A stretch of DNA of 63,633 nt, counting the filler, from Hausera hauseri (Eukaryota), in assembly GCA_046269625.1 (NCBI GenBank). It is 11 parts of 11 records of this genome, joined end to end, with 100 filler letters (N's around TTAATTAATTAA, not from the genome) between each part and the next. Parts side by side here need not be neighbours in the genome. Positions count along the whole stretch, not along the records: positions 11,164 to 24,396 come from JBJURY010888733.1; positions 24,497 to 30,634 come from JBJURY010135095.1; 9 more parts are not named here. One strand, 5' to 3'. The position numbers and the translations under genes were made by a program. A model generated the notes under the pieces. The model was not told the origin of the DNA, searched no databases, and worked only from the letters and a program-made list of their open reading frames with translations. Shown here in pieces: positions 11,736 to 25,071 of the stretch. Numbering within the stretch: position 1 is the stretch's first letter; each line of letters begins with the position of its first letter.

Positions 11736-13677
11736 AATTGGTTAATCAGTTTGCTCACCATAATAATGCTGATATAACAGATGGGCGCCGTCACCGTCTA
11801 CGATTGCGATAGATTTAAGCTTGGACAAAAATAATCACTAATGAACCTAGAAGTATGTGAAGATGCCAGGCCACATAAATTGGAAACAAAGAAGAATTAC
11901 TTCCTATATCAACAACAAGAATTGATATCTTTGAATGGTATGGAGTGTATGCTGAGACGATCTCGTAGCATTTTCCATTGCGGATCAATGCACGGACATT
12001 CCTCGATAATTAAAACAACGACTCCTCCAACTCCAATGAATTTAGAAAGACAACACTGCAAACAGGCTCGAAAAACCGGAAGACTAAAATGGGATAGTAT
12101 GGAACTAGAGATGCAGCCTGGAAAGATAATTAGAGCATATAAGATAGTAGTCGGAAGACTAGATATGCATAATAGACAATGTAGCGGAACAGAATACGAT
12201 ACCAAAAAAGGACTGGAAGCTAACGTAATAGTAGTAGACTTTTACGAATCGGTGATGAGACTCCAAAAGGTGATGTTCCATAGCGTCACCAAGCTATATA
12301 CCGAGAATCAAAAATGTCATATACACGGCGGAACTTGTGCCTTCAGAAGCTCTGTCGTAATATGGGAACCGCCCTCCGGAAAAGGTTGTAATTTTATTAA
12401 GATTAACAAACTGAAATTTAATGAAACCACCGGAAAGAGATACATAGGCAAATCCGACGACAGTTCAACATCACGCGAAGGTGAATCAGAATATCATACA
12501 CCCACGATACTAATTTCTAATCAACATAAATTAAAATTCATAAAAAAGGAAAAGATTTCACGTTGTGAAGTAGTAATATTTACCACTAACTATGAAGCGT
12601 TTTTGTCGCAGAAACGGAAATAAACGCGCAAACATATAATCTAGAAACGCAATACATTCGAATTAAGGATTATCTGAAAAATCGGGACGATTACTTTTAT
12701 TATAAAGAACACGTCGGGATAGCCGAACTATATAACAAAATGATAACTAATGATTGCAAATTAGGTATAGAGTTTATGAGGACAAAATAGCTCTTATTTA
12801 TGCAAACCCTAAGTTAGTCTCACCAATCATTTCCGTGAGAGAATGGATCTTTGGTCGAGTTACTGGCGAAGTTTTGCTGACATATGAGTGTGAGAAAAGA
12901 GACGTACCAATTAATGTCAAATAAAAACGATGCATACAAAAACTTCCTATGATCTATCAGAACACTCCGCGGTTAGCCATACCCTCACTAGAGTGTTGCG
13001 AGACAACGAAAACACAACCCACAATCCTAAAGGACTGAAAGGCAAGTTTGGGTGAACCAATGTTTAGGCGTAGCGAAACGGATTGGATTAGTTTACCAAA
13101 CGGCGGTGTCACGATCGTCCCTAAAAAACTAACTGGAACTAATGTAGCGAAAAGAATTACCGACGACAAGTTCCAGGATATGGCACAAAAGGGCATTTAC
13201 AGACCAAAGGAGATCAAAGCTTTTAGACAATTTCTCGCTTTTCCACGGCAGCGAACACATGAATTAAACCGAGCTATGGCATTAGTGGTAGATGATACCC
13301 GTTATTAGGCTAAATGGGAATCTTTACTCGGTGTGAATCATTATCAGCAGGTGATCACAGAAATACTCTACAAAATATGGGGAAGATTTTTAATTTTTGG
13401 ACAAGCCTCATTAGGGTTTTTGGCTATATATGTTTTGGTACAGCTAGTAAAGGCAGTATTTCAAGCAATTATAAACGGATACGAAATATTCACGCTAACA
13501 GAATTTTCTTGTAAAATTTTAACCGCAATTATCGGACCCTTTGAAAAAATTCTGAAAACCTATGAAGAAAATCAATGGAAAAATGACGTTGAACGCCATG
13601 TCAACTACCATAATTACAAACAACGAGCAAGACCCACATTTCTATCGAAACGCAAAGCTAAGAAATTGACAACATGA
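11736..13677 (+). pseudogene. env: Env-like viral glycoprotein, chuvirus/gB-like class III fusogen, with internal signal peptide
   Basis: NWLISLLTIIMLI*QMGA|VTVYDC...SLMNLEVC...IFHCG, Cys-rich ectodomain, GIYRPKEIKAFRQFLAFP, and TM region WGRFLIFGQASLGFLAIYVLVQLVKAVFQAIINGY. These match chuviral glycoprotein motifs as I recall them. Confidence 0.8.
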
Positions 13678-14198
13678 AGAAATAGCTCCGATGATGACGA
13701 GCCTAAGGGAGGAGAAGTGATCCTCAGACAAAATAGACACAAAATTTATTCATTAATTAAGGCGTCCTTGCCCATCATCCCCCAACAGCCCCGATATATA
13801 AAGACTGCGATAAAACGTCAGTGATGTCATATAAATCAGAAAACCATCGAACACCCTTTAGATATGGGGACCCTTACGAAGAAACAAAACAGTACGAAGT
13901 ATTAAAGAAAATGAAAATCACTAATCAACAACGAGCGGAAAATGACCATAAACTATTGTACTCATCAAGAATAGCTCGTAATATAGAATCAAGATCGACA
14001 ATTTAGGGAATACAAGAAAGGGAATCGTTCCAAAAACCAATAATACAAGAACCATTATTTAGAAAAAACGCGGGTAACATAGCAATTAACGACTTATACC
14101 CGAACGAGGAACTAAAACAATGGACCGAAAACATCATTTCATCACCAGAGATCACAATAAACAGGCATAATATTTCTTCAATTAAGCGACCAAAGGAC

Positions 14199-14624
14199 GT
14201 GTCAAATCGTTACGGAACAGTTAAGGAAGGGAGACCCTTCACAAAAGTTGCCATTAAAGATGGGGAAGTCTATGCCTTAATCGACACCGGATTGGAAAAA
14301 TCATTTATTAAATTGGGATCAATACCCCCGACACTACGAAAACAATTACACCCAGCGTCATCGTCAGATCCAAGTAGCATAGAAGCCTTCGGGCAGGAAT
14401 CCAAACCAAAATTTAAGTAAAATCCAGTAGTGCAATTAATGGGTCAAATCCTTCAACACGAGTTTGTCATAATAGATCAGCTAACCGATAATGTAGTGTT
14501 AAGTTGCGATATACTGAAACAATTGTCCAATATCGCGATAAATTTGCATACCGGAAAAATACTTCAACTCGGACCAGCAAAAGGAATTAAAACAATGAAA
14601 GAAAGGAAACTAGGAGACGTATAA
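14199..14624 (+). pseudogene. Retropepsin aspartic protease
   Basis: YALIDTGLEKSFI...HEFVII...VVLSCDIL. Confidence 0.85.
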
Positions 14625-14891
14625 ATCCCCGTTGACGATCCCCCTGCTCAGAACCGAAATGATAAATTATGCTCAAATCCGGGAAGAAGACCAACCAGTA
14701 TACTTTGAACCACAAAAAGATGTTAACCCAAATATCAATACTCAATAAAATTTTGACAAGAGTGATAACAGGTCGGGTACCAATAAGATTAGTAAATAAC
14801 GCACCAACCACTGTAAGGTTATATGCCAATATTACATTGGGCCATACTTATAAGGTGTCAGCAATAACAGTAGAACAAAAAGCATACAAAT

Positions 14892-16396
14892 GTGCTGAAT
14901 TTCCACCTCACGTCGAAACTAAGTTTTCACCAGAAGCATACTGTCAATTTTACGAATTACTATGCAGATATAAGTCGATTATTGCCCAAAAAAGAAGATA
15001 TAGGTCAAGCAAAGGCTCTAAGGCTAACAATCCCATTAAAAAAACCTGGCTTAAATGATGAAATTGATTTGGAAGAGCAAAAGATGCCAAAATGGTATCC
15101 TCCGACCCATTCATTAAGGCCCGAAATAACTAAAGAGGTAGAACGCATGTTAAAGGCCGATGTAATACGACCAAGCTACCGGTCCTGGTACTCACCGATA
15201 CTCATGGTCAAGAAGAAAGGTACCACTAAACATGTATTCTGTATAGATTACCGGGCTCTAAAGGCTCTTATGATGGAGGACTCATTTCCACTACCGTCAG
15301 TAAAAGAAGCGTTAGATAGATTATCAGGAGCAAAGCGGTTAGCCACATTGAATTTACAATCCGGATACTGGAAAGTAAAAATTGAGGAAGACGATCGTTA
15401 CAAAACAGCGTTTAAGACGCACGACGGAGTTTACGAATTTAAGGTCATGCCGTTTGCTATAACAACCGGCCCAGATATCTTCACCAGAATGATGAATAAA
15501 ATGTTAATGGGACTCGATCACGCGTTCGCCTACTTAGACGATGTAATTATAGCATCGAAGACGGAAGAAGAACACCTAAAAACATAGAAGATACTCTCAT
15601 GCGGTTAAAACAGGCAGGATTGAAACTGAATCCCAAGAAATGTAAATGGGTGCAGAATGCTGTATCTTACCTCGGACATATAGTGGGAAAAGGAGGATCG
15701 AAACCAGATAAATCCTTATTGGGCAAAATATCAGATTGTATGGAACCCCAAAATCAGAAGGAATTAAGGCATTGGTTAGGCTTATGTGGATACTACACCA
15801 CTTATGTACCGGACAACTCGAAGATAAATGCACCATTATTTTGATTATTGAAAAAGGGAATCAAGTAGAAATGGACCGATATCGAACAAAAAGCGTTCGA
15901 CGAAATGAAGAAAATTCTAACAAGTGAACCAATAGTAGTAAGATATCCCGATTTTAATTTACCATTTATAACTAAAACAGATGCAAGTAAAGAGGGAATT
16001 GGTTACGAATTGGCGCGGAAACGAGAAGATAAGGAACTGGAACATCCGATTGCATACGGAGGACGATCACTCAAGAAGGCCGAGAAAAATTATTCGGTTA
16101 CTGAACTAGAGACACTAGCCGTGAAAGAAACCTTAAGGCATTTTAATGTTTATGTATACGGGCAGAAAATCATCACAGTTACCGATCACAAAGTCGTTAC
16201 AACGCTAAAAGGACGAGCTAATAACCCGGCATGTAAATTAAATCGGTGGATCGAGGAAATCTCACAATACAATATCGAATTTCAACATAAACTCGAAAGT
16301 AAATATATTAACGCAAATGCTTTATCAAGACTTAAGACAAAAACAAGCACGACTAAAACTATGAAGATAGCTCAACTCGAAAAATTGGTCGAATGA
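14892..16396 (+). pseudogene. pol: Gypsy reverse transcriptase and RNase H
   Basis: SPILMVKKK, CIDYRAL, YKTAF, FKVMPF, AYLDD, LNPKKC, YLGH, TDASKEGIG, YSVTELE, VTDH. Confidence 0.95.
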
Positions 16397-16399
16397 CAA

Positions 16400-17704
16400 C
16401 GGATCTGAACATTAAATAAAACTATCAAAATTTCTTCAGAGCAAGCTAAAGATAAAGTTATCCAACAAATAGTCAAATTCGTCGAGCAAGATGAAACACC
16501 GAAAGGACGCCAGCTAAAGAAACAATTACAAAGACACGGGCATAAATACTATGCATCAAATCAAGACAATATTTCATATTACGAACGAAAGGGACGGAAA
16601 CTAGTAGTCATTCTAAAGGGATTACGAACGGAAGTATTAATGGCCGAACATGATTCACATTTAGCTGGACACATGTCATGGAAGAAAACATTAGAAAGAA
16701 TACTGAATAAGTACTACTGGCCAAGCATTTATATCGACGTGAAAAACTAGGTGGACGCTTGAGAAGCATGTGCGACGAAACAAAAGAAGGTGAAAAACTA
16801 TATAGCAGAACTAAAACCAATCAATGTACCATACAGGCTTATGCAAGCTATGTCTATAAATATAGTAGGGCCCCTACCCACAACCCACAAAAATAACAAA
16901 TATATTTTGACATGCGTAGATCGACTAACACATTTTGTTGAATTAATAGCACTGATTAACCAGAAGAAAAAAACTTTAGCAGATGCAGTAGTGAGGAAAG
17001 TCCTTTGCAGATATGGACCTCCCGATCAAATATTAACTGATAGAGGAAGAAACTTTACGAGTGAGTTATTTGATAGAATTTTTAATATCTTCGAAATCGA
17101 ACGACTGACCACTACCGCTTATCACCCCAGTGTAACAGAATGGTCGAACGTATGAATGCAACCGTTCTACGAGTTTTATTGACAATAATCGCGAAGGATC
17201 AGAAGGATTGAGATAAATTTTTAGAAGGGGCATAATTTGCTATCAATACAACCCCACATCCGGCCACAGGATTTACACCATTTTTTATGATGTATAAAAG
17301 CAATATTACCTACGGACTTAGGAATGACTCCGTATTACGCAAATCCAGAAGATTTAGAACCGAATTTCGCGGAAGTTTTACAATTGAGATTACGAAGGTG
17401 TTGGGATATAGCAAAGACACTTACCCTCGAATATCAAGAGCAGTTTAAGAAACAGTATGGTAAGAAAGCCAGACCTCACGATTTTGAAAAAGGAAATTGG
17501 GTCTACGTGCATTATCCAGTCTCGAGGAAAAGTACGTCGTTAAAACTTACTAGTACCGGACGAGGACCTTACGAAGTTATCCGAACCAAAACAACCACTG
17601 TCTATATTAATAAAAATGGAAAAGAGGAGGTAGTATCTATACAGAGAGTTGTGGAAACCGAAATAAAAGGGGAAAAACGTTATAATTTGCGATCCAAAAA
17701 TTAG
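16400..17704 (+). pseudogene. Gypsy integrase (HHCC zinc finger, DDE core, GPY motif)
   Basis: HDSHLAGH...YYWP, GPLPTT...VDRLT, ILTDRGRNFTS, TTAYHP, GPYEV, RYNLR. Confidence 0.93.
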
Positions 17705-17757
17705 AATTCAAATCCAAGTCAGGCCAAAAGGAAAACAGATACATCTTCTATAATAAA

Positions 17758-19146
17758 TAGGCCAATATCCTACGTGCAGATAAAATCTTAGCATTATCAT
17801 TAATTGCCTCTTATGTTCCTAGGACTAAAGCACAATGGTGGGATGACAGCGAATCCAGTCTAGCAAATGTATATGCGATTAGCATAGGTGGAAGGGAAGC
17901 TAAAATTAAAGAAGAACAGAAACGCCTAGAAGGACGAAAAGATGTAGAAAATCTGAAAATTATGAAAGCCTGCGGCACATATTGAAAGAAACCATGTATC
18001 TGGTTCAGAACTGACAAGGCAATAAAATTATATGAAAATTCGTATAAAATTTACTGATCAACTTAAGGAAACGGTAAAAAATTGCGAATTCAGTTACGAA
18101 ATCTATAAGAAATGTTGCAAACTAGAATTTGGACAAACATACAGATATGTAATACTTATGTATTATTTCCAGTATGAGATTGTCCGTACAGATATAAAAC
18201 CGCTGATTGAAATAGCTATGCCAAAACAGAGAATTTCAAACCAAACTAAACTAACAGATGTAATTCAAGATACCGACCCTCAAACGAAATTGCTAGATGG
18301 AAATATAATTAAGGTCTCCGAGGCTTTAGAAAACGCATGTATCAAGATTAAAACTAGAAACGGACTAACCGAATCACATTAGATCTCGGTTCGATTTATA
18401 TCGCTTGAAAAATCAAGTTTACCAACAAGATATTGTGCTATTAACCAATGGAATTCAAACCCGTGTTGTAGAATTCCCCAAAGACACAGATACAAAATAA
18501 AGCTCGATCTGTATAAAACCAGACCAAACCAACCAAGTAAATACCTAAGAGGATATCGCTTAGGAAGTCAAATGTGCAAAATTCCATTCAGAGCGACGAC
18601 AACAACTAGCACTACTATTAAAACCATTACGACAAGTAAAGGACCCGAAAGACGACCGGAAGGTATTCCTATTAAATACTTATTACACCGAAACAAGATA
18701 ATATTCTTTGTCGAAGAAAAATTAAACTATGATATAGAGATAAACTGTCGGACCTTATATAGTAGACAAAAGGATACTTGTAAAGAATACACAACAGATA
18801 GAGTATAACTCATTAAAATCTCAGAGAGAGTATATAATACAAATTAATGCAGCTGAAAAACATAATCAAACAATTACTTTACATACTTTAACGGAAAATG
18901 TTTACCCAGAATCGCAAAAATGTCAAAACACCGAAAATATAATCTCTAGGCGTAGCACAAAACAGAAACTATCTGATTTGACAACTTAACCCACTATATT
19001 GATCTTCGAAATGTCAGCATTTGTCCTAATAGTATTAAGCGCGTCATTTTATTTGATTGCTAAAAATTGTAAAAAACAGCGTAAAATTAAGGGGGCAGAA
19101 ATAAGGGTAGTATACCAAAGTGACTTATATGATAGAATAATCTGAC
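17758..19146 (+). pseudogene. Putative second type I membrane protein of the element (signal, Cys-rich part, Thr-rich linker, FN3-like segment, TM)
   Basis: ILALSLIASYVPRTKAQWWD signal, PCC...KIKLDLY, TTTTSTT linker, KIIFFVEEKLNYDI, TM near 19000-19060; conserved in 61910-63290. Confidence 0.65.
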
Positions 19147-19256
19147 AATTACAGATCGGGTTATTCTATCGTCAGACAGTAAAAATGTTTCACTATGAAG
19201 CAAAAACCTGTCTTAAGATTAACCATTTTTTACTTTATTTTAGATTGGTAAGTAAA

Positions 19257-21340
19257 ATGGCAATCAGAATAGAATCTCACAGCCAGACTGATATCGACAA
19301 ATTCCTACAAGAAAACGCTAAGGCAATAACCCCAAACTCCAAAACAATCTATCAACAGATCCATATAGAACTACAAGACAAAACATCAGTCGGCTATGAT
19401 CAAATAGATAAAATCCCTATACATCTAGCAGAAGAAGAAATTTATTACCGATTGACTGGACAACCGTAAAAATCGAAAAAAGGACGACAGTATAAATTTA
19501 GCACTTTCCGACTGAGTAACAGGAGTCTATGTGACTATGAGTTAGAATTTAGGATCGCAGCCCTACCCGTAAAATTGATGTTAGAGATTACCTGCGAAGA
19601 AATTCCAACGGTGTCCCTACACCCTTTAATATACCACCAATACTCAACAGAAGAACAAATAGAACAACATTCAGGATCATACAAATTGGTACAGGACGGA
19701 CGGAATATTCGCGTCATGGCGACGAATTATGGAGAAAAGGATAACAAAAATTTAACTCACATCGAAATTTCTATACGCGATATGAATGGAGTAGAAATTT
19801 ATTATAAGAAGATCACACTCCGAAAAAGAATAAATGACACCTTTGCCGAAATAACCAGAATCAGGAAGGAAGATTTAATTAATGGAAAAGACATCCGAAT
19901 TGTGGAGATGGAGTTAAATCATTGCGTGTATGGATGTATGATTGCAGGGTTCCAAGCCCAAAAGCAGATGGAGAAATTAAAAATAAACATAGCAGGAATA
20001 CGCGAATTTTGGACTCACCCAAAGATTAGAGAGAGAATGGATAATATGAATTGACCAGTCCCGATGACTATGGAAACCCAGTTTAAAACCATGCTGGAAT
20101 CCATGAGTGAAAACCTTTACAAAATCAACAGACAATTATCCGCATCTAAGCGAACTCAATACCCCCGAGACTTTTATGCCACGTTAAAATGGGACCATGA
20201 ATGGTCACTGTTGAACCCCAAACAAAATTTGCAAAGTAGACAAGCCCAAAAGAACTAAACCACCGTCATCGCAAAGAGTTTCAGCCCTATTTCCCAATAC
20301 GGATCATAGAACTAAAAGAAAATAATAGTATACAAGTCACCGTGTCGACTCAAGAGGACAAAAGGATTGTACATCCTACCCAGAACATTATTACGCACGG
20401 ATTCAAGGTACCAGAAACATCTCAGAATTGTCAGGAAACATCACCAAAGAAATTCAGACTGCTTAAAGAAAAGAAAACAAAATCGATTTTTAACTTCTTT
20501 AAAACGAAGGATAAAGAGACAAAACAAATCAAGAAGGATTCATTCGAGAATGAACAAAATGAGACTCACAGAAGTAAGTGTGTTGAGCAAGAAAAGAGAA
20601 AATTCAGAAGAAACACAGCCCAAACCAGCCCAGGATGACGAAAAAGATTGGCCCCGGATCTTAATAATGGCAGAATACGTAAGTTATGGGAAAATTAAGG
20701 AAGCCCTGTTGTACATATATATCATGCCGAAACTGGAACTACATGAAAATGCATACGCCCGAGTAGACCCAAAACTTGGAAGATACCTCACGCCAGTTTT
20801 TAAATCGAAAACGGAAACTAATAGATTGACAGTGCCCGTAGATAATAAAGCACGGATAAAAATGAAGAGACAATACAAAAGGATGGGAGTTCCTGACTTG
20901 GATGCCGAACAAGTAGTCGAATGGACTCTTATAACCGTAAATGGCGACGCTAGGAAAAGTTCCATAGACTCGGACCAGAAACAATTGCATGGATATTTGT
21001 ACAAAAGCCCAAAAGGACTCCTTTTCAAGAGATAACATGGGTCACGGATTGTGACTTAGATAACGATAATGGAAAATTTGTCCCGTATGCGAAGCCAATT
21101 TATGGCAAGGTTATATAGTTTTAGCAAATAGAAATTGCCGACATCGACATTATCGAGACTGTTTAGAGCAATGGACATTAGTCAATGGTAAAACTACTTG
21201 TCCAGTATGCCGAACAGAGGAATCGCAGCTGAAATATTTTGCCCGAGGAGAAAACAACCGAGTGGTTAAAATAAAACCAAATTCTGCTTATTATTTGAAG
21301 GCAGGACCCCATACTAGAATATGAAATTCTTCGTTAGATA
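19257..21340 (+). pseudogene. 3' accessory ORF of unknown function
   Basis: ORFs 19185, 19575 and 20064 share one frame separated by single stops, then frameshift into 20342/20367-21035. Preceded by a pyrimidine tract + AG at 19226-19243. The 3' end is approximate. Confidence 0.55.
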
Positions 21341-21439
21341 ATTCGCAAAGTGATCTACGCGAACGGATAGACGCATTACGATGCTCAGATCATAGCGTCA
21401 CCTCTCCTGACGCAATAGGCACATCCGAGGATGTCGCTC

Positions 21440-21451
21440 AGGAAGGAGAAA
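21440..21451 (+). promoter_or_regulatory. Polypurine tract
   Basis: AGGAAGGAGAAA directly before the LTR start. Confidence 0.75.
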
Positions 21452-22176
21452 TATTATAAAAGCACTTAGTTGGTTATAAAGAAACACTCAATCGACAACG
21501 ATTGTAAATATTATTTTAGTCGACAGTAAATTTAATGATTATAAGAGAGCACTTCAGTGACGAAAATTGCAATAACGCTAATTGTAAATATTATTTTAGT
21601 AATTTTAAGCATCATGGTGCGGATTGGGCCAACAATAATTGTAAATAAAGTGGTAGAGGAATTAATGGAATCGGGTAAAATTGATTAAAATGGTGAGAAT
21701 CGAAAATTAATGTGTAAATATTCAGACGGTAAACAAAAGAAGTATATATACTGAGTCGGAAGAAACAGAAGGGTAACAATAACATCGACTGTAGAGTTGA
21801 TTCGGAAGCCAGAAACTGAGAAGAAAGGAAGAGCCGACAAATTCGAGAGAAACCTATTGAAATCTTACTTGATTGAACTTATCAACTGTGGTAGTGATTT
21901 GTGGTATTAATATATTTTGTCTCTAGAAAATTATCTTATAGTTTTCCTTCGGCTCTTAAAGCTGATTTGAGTCACATTAAGGTTAAAATCTACAGTCAAC
22001 TATATAGGTACCAGAATTATTAAACAACGCACAGGACACGACATTTATTCTATCCGCACGTAAAGCATACATATTGGCACATTCGTTTAACGAGAACGTT
22101 AAACCGAATCTTCGTAGCTCAACAAAAATTTATGTTATATAGATGAGAGTGATAAGAGCCACCCTAATATATAACA
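21452..22176 (+). repeat. LTR (about 725 bp)
   Basis: Starts TATTATA (TGTTATA with one change) and ends TATAACA (inverted ends); PPT before, PBS after; TATATATA at 21743-21750. Confidence 0.8.
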
Positions 22177-22178
22177 TT

Positions 22179-22196
22179 TGGCGACCCTAGCAGGAC
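22179..22196 (+). promoter_or_regulatory. Primer-binding site, tRNA-Arg type
   Basis: TGGCGACCCTAGCAGGAC lies 2 nt after the LTR end and is complementary to the 3' end of a tRNA-Arg(TCG/CCG)-like tRNA. Confidence 0.8.
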
Positions 22197-22478
22197 AGTC
22201 TGTGCCTAGCTAGATACTATTCAGAGTCAAGTAACGACATACCGGCTATCAGCGCCATCTACACCAAGTAATTGTGGAAAGATTTAAAATTTGGGATATA
22301 AGTTATTGAACTTAAATTTAAAGGGATAATTCAGGACGAATACTGACAACCAAGTAAACGGTGAAGAAAAATCACCTATACGTCAGACGCGTAGAGTTAT
22401 ATATAAAGAAATAAATAAAAAATCAAATTCTGAAACTAGAGCTAAAATAAGTAACGTCGAACCAAGAATAACGCAAAC

Positions 22479-24055
22479 ATGATAGCAGATAATCCAGCCA
22501 TAGTGCAGAAGCTTGACATTTTTACATTTGACTCCTTGAATCTGTCATCATACGATGGTGACCCAAATGGACTAAACGACTTTTTAAGAACTTATAAGTT
22601 TCATGCAAAAGGTGCTAATCTCACTCCTGAAGTAACAATAAAAAGTTTATCACTATATCTAAAGAATTTAGCAGCTGATGCTTATAGCGAGCTTACTAAC
22701 GATGAAAAGAAAACTTGGTCCGCCCTGGTAGGTGCATTAAACCGTAAGCCATTACCAACAGTAACGCCGCAACAGAAACTTATGGCATTTTAGAACAGAG
22801 TGCAATAGAAGGGTGAATCAGTAACCCAGTTTGCATTTGCGTTAAAGAAACTCGCTAACAGTTACGTAAGTACTTTAGGATAGCCAACTTATTAAAAGCT
22901 AAAACAGATGCAGAACGTAACGCTTCGGAAAAAGTGACCCCACCTGATTTAGAAGCCATGATGACAACTCAGTTAATAAATGGCATATGGTCAAGAGATC
23001 TAGTTAAACAGTTGATTCTGGCCAGACCCGACAATTTTGAGAAAACGTTGCAATTAGCTCAAGATTTAGAGATGGCATTGGAGAGATATGCCAAACAAGG
23101 TAATAAATACGAAAGGAACAATGACGGTAATAATCGGCATAAAAACGGTAACCACGACAACAGACATTATAATGACAATACCCGAAACCGAGGTTTTAAT
23201 AATAGGAAGAAGAATCAAAGAGATAATAGAAATTTTAGTAATAATCGGAATACGTTCAGCTTGTACAATAAGCCGGGTTATAATCCTGACAGGAACCAAG
23301 ATAGTTACCGACTAAATAATAAATACACGGATAATCTAAATAACGATAATAGATATGACGGAGATAACAGACAATTACCACAAAACCAAAATAAGAATAT
23401 AAACAGATAAAAATCACCCGTGAACGAAGATGGCCGACAAAGGATTGTCCGAAACGGGAATTTAATTTGCTTTACATGTGGCAAAGAAGGACATATTGCT
23501 AGGTCATGCTCAAATCCTAAAAGTGTTGCATTTACGGAACCAAATAAAACAGGTATGATTAGAAATAACCCAGAAGCTATTTATGGTAAGCGAGGCGACA
23601 TAAGTATGATTATTGAAATGCAAAACTTGTGTAGGTCTGCAAGAAATATAGGCGAAACTACTAACCCTCAAGTCATAAAAGCTAGAAAAGAATATGAAGA
23701 GAAATTACGACTAATTGAAGTCTATCACGGACTAAGAAAGCCCCAAACCGAAGAAGAATATGCACTGGCACCAAACAACGCCAATATGGCGCGTAAAAAG
23801 TCTATTACTCAAGGGATAGTCCAGTCGGAAAAACAAACGACGTCTGTGAATGTCGATTTAGATGCAGATTCCGAAAAACATTACCCAGATAAAACAACAA
23901 ACGAAGTCGAAAGCGAATTTATGGGGCCTTCAGTTCTCAAAATAACGAAGAATAAAGGTAGAAGCCCATTGCTTAAGAGAAAATCCAAAACCCGTTCAAG
24001 ATCGCCCATTAAGAAGGACGTGAAAGGAAAAGGAGACTTCTATACCGCTATCTAA
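22479..24055 (+). pseudogene. gag: Gag with Asn-rich linker and CCHC zinc knuckle
   Basis: YDGDPNGLNDFL...YLKNLAADAY...W, QxxGESVTQF, QLINGI, CFTCGKEGHIARSC. Coding-like sequence continues to the contig end with no protease motif. Confidence 0.9.
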
Positions 24056-24496
24056 GGAGACAACCCGCCCTTAGACAAGCTTCAAAGGACTTTAGACACG
24101 TTGGAAATGTCAAATATAATAACCATTAACGATGAAATCAATGAAACTTGTCTGCTTCCCACTAGTGAGGAAGAAACTAAAGGAGACAATGACTTTGATG
24201 CAAAAAACGGAAAGTTTGACGTTCATGGAAAAATGCCGATAAATTAAAGAGAATGAGAATTAGATGTCACGATCCAGAGGTAATCCGACACAATCTAGAA
24301 GGACTTAAACAGATCAGTAAACAAGCAGATATATCCGGTAAAGAGCAACAATTTGGGGAGAAATTATATAAAAGTTTGAAATTATGTAGCGAAGGANNNN
24401 NNNNNNNNNNNNNNNNNNNNNNNNNNNNNNNNNNNNNNNNTTAATTAATTAANNNNNNNNNNNNNNNNNNNNNNNNNNNNNNNNNNNNNNNNNNNN

Positions 24497-25071
<575 letters not shown>

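Larger units (their letters stand above)
11164..24396 (+). mobile_element. Giant envelope-bearing Ty3/Gypsy LTR retroelement (decayed); order on contig: ORF-X, glycoprotein, PR, RT, RH, IN, membrane protein, 3' ORF, PPT, LTR, PBS, gag
   Basis: All components are on the + strand, with Gypsy order PR-RT-RH-IN; see sub-features. Confidence 0.9.

Noticed and set aside
11361-12205. Minus-strand ORFs over the giant Gypsy (also 20684-21038, 23066-23299)
   Set aside because: Antisense shadows of the plus-strand coding regions.
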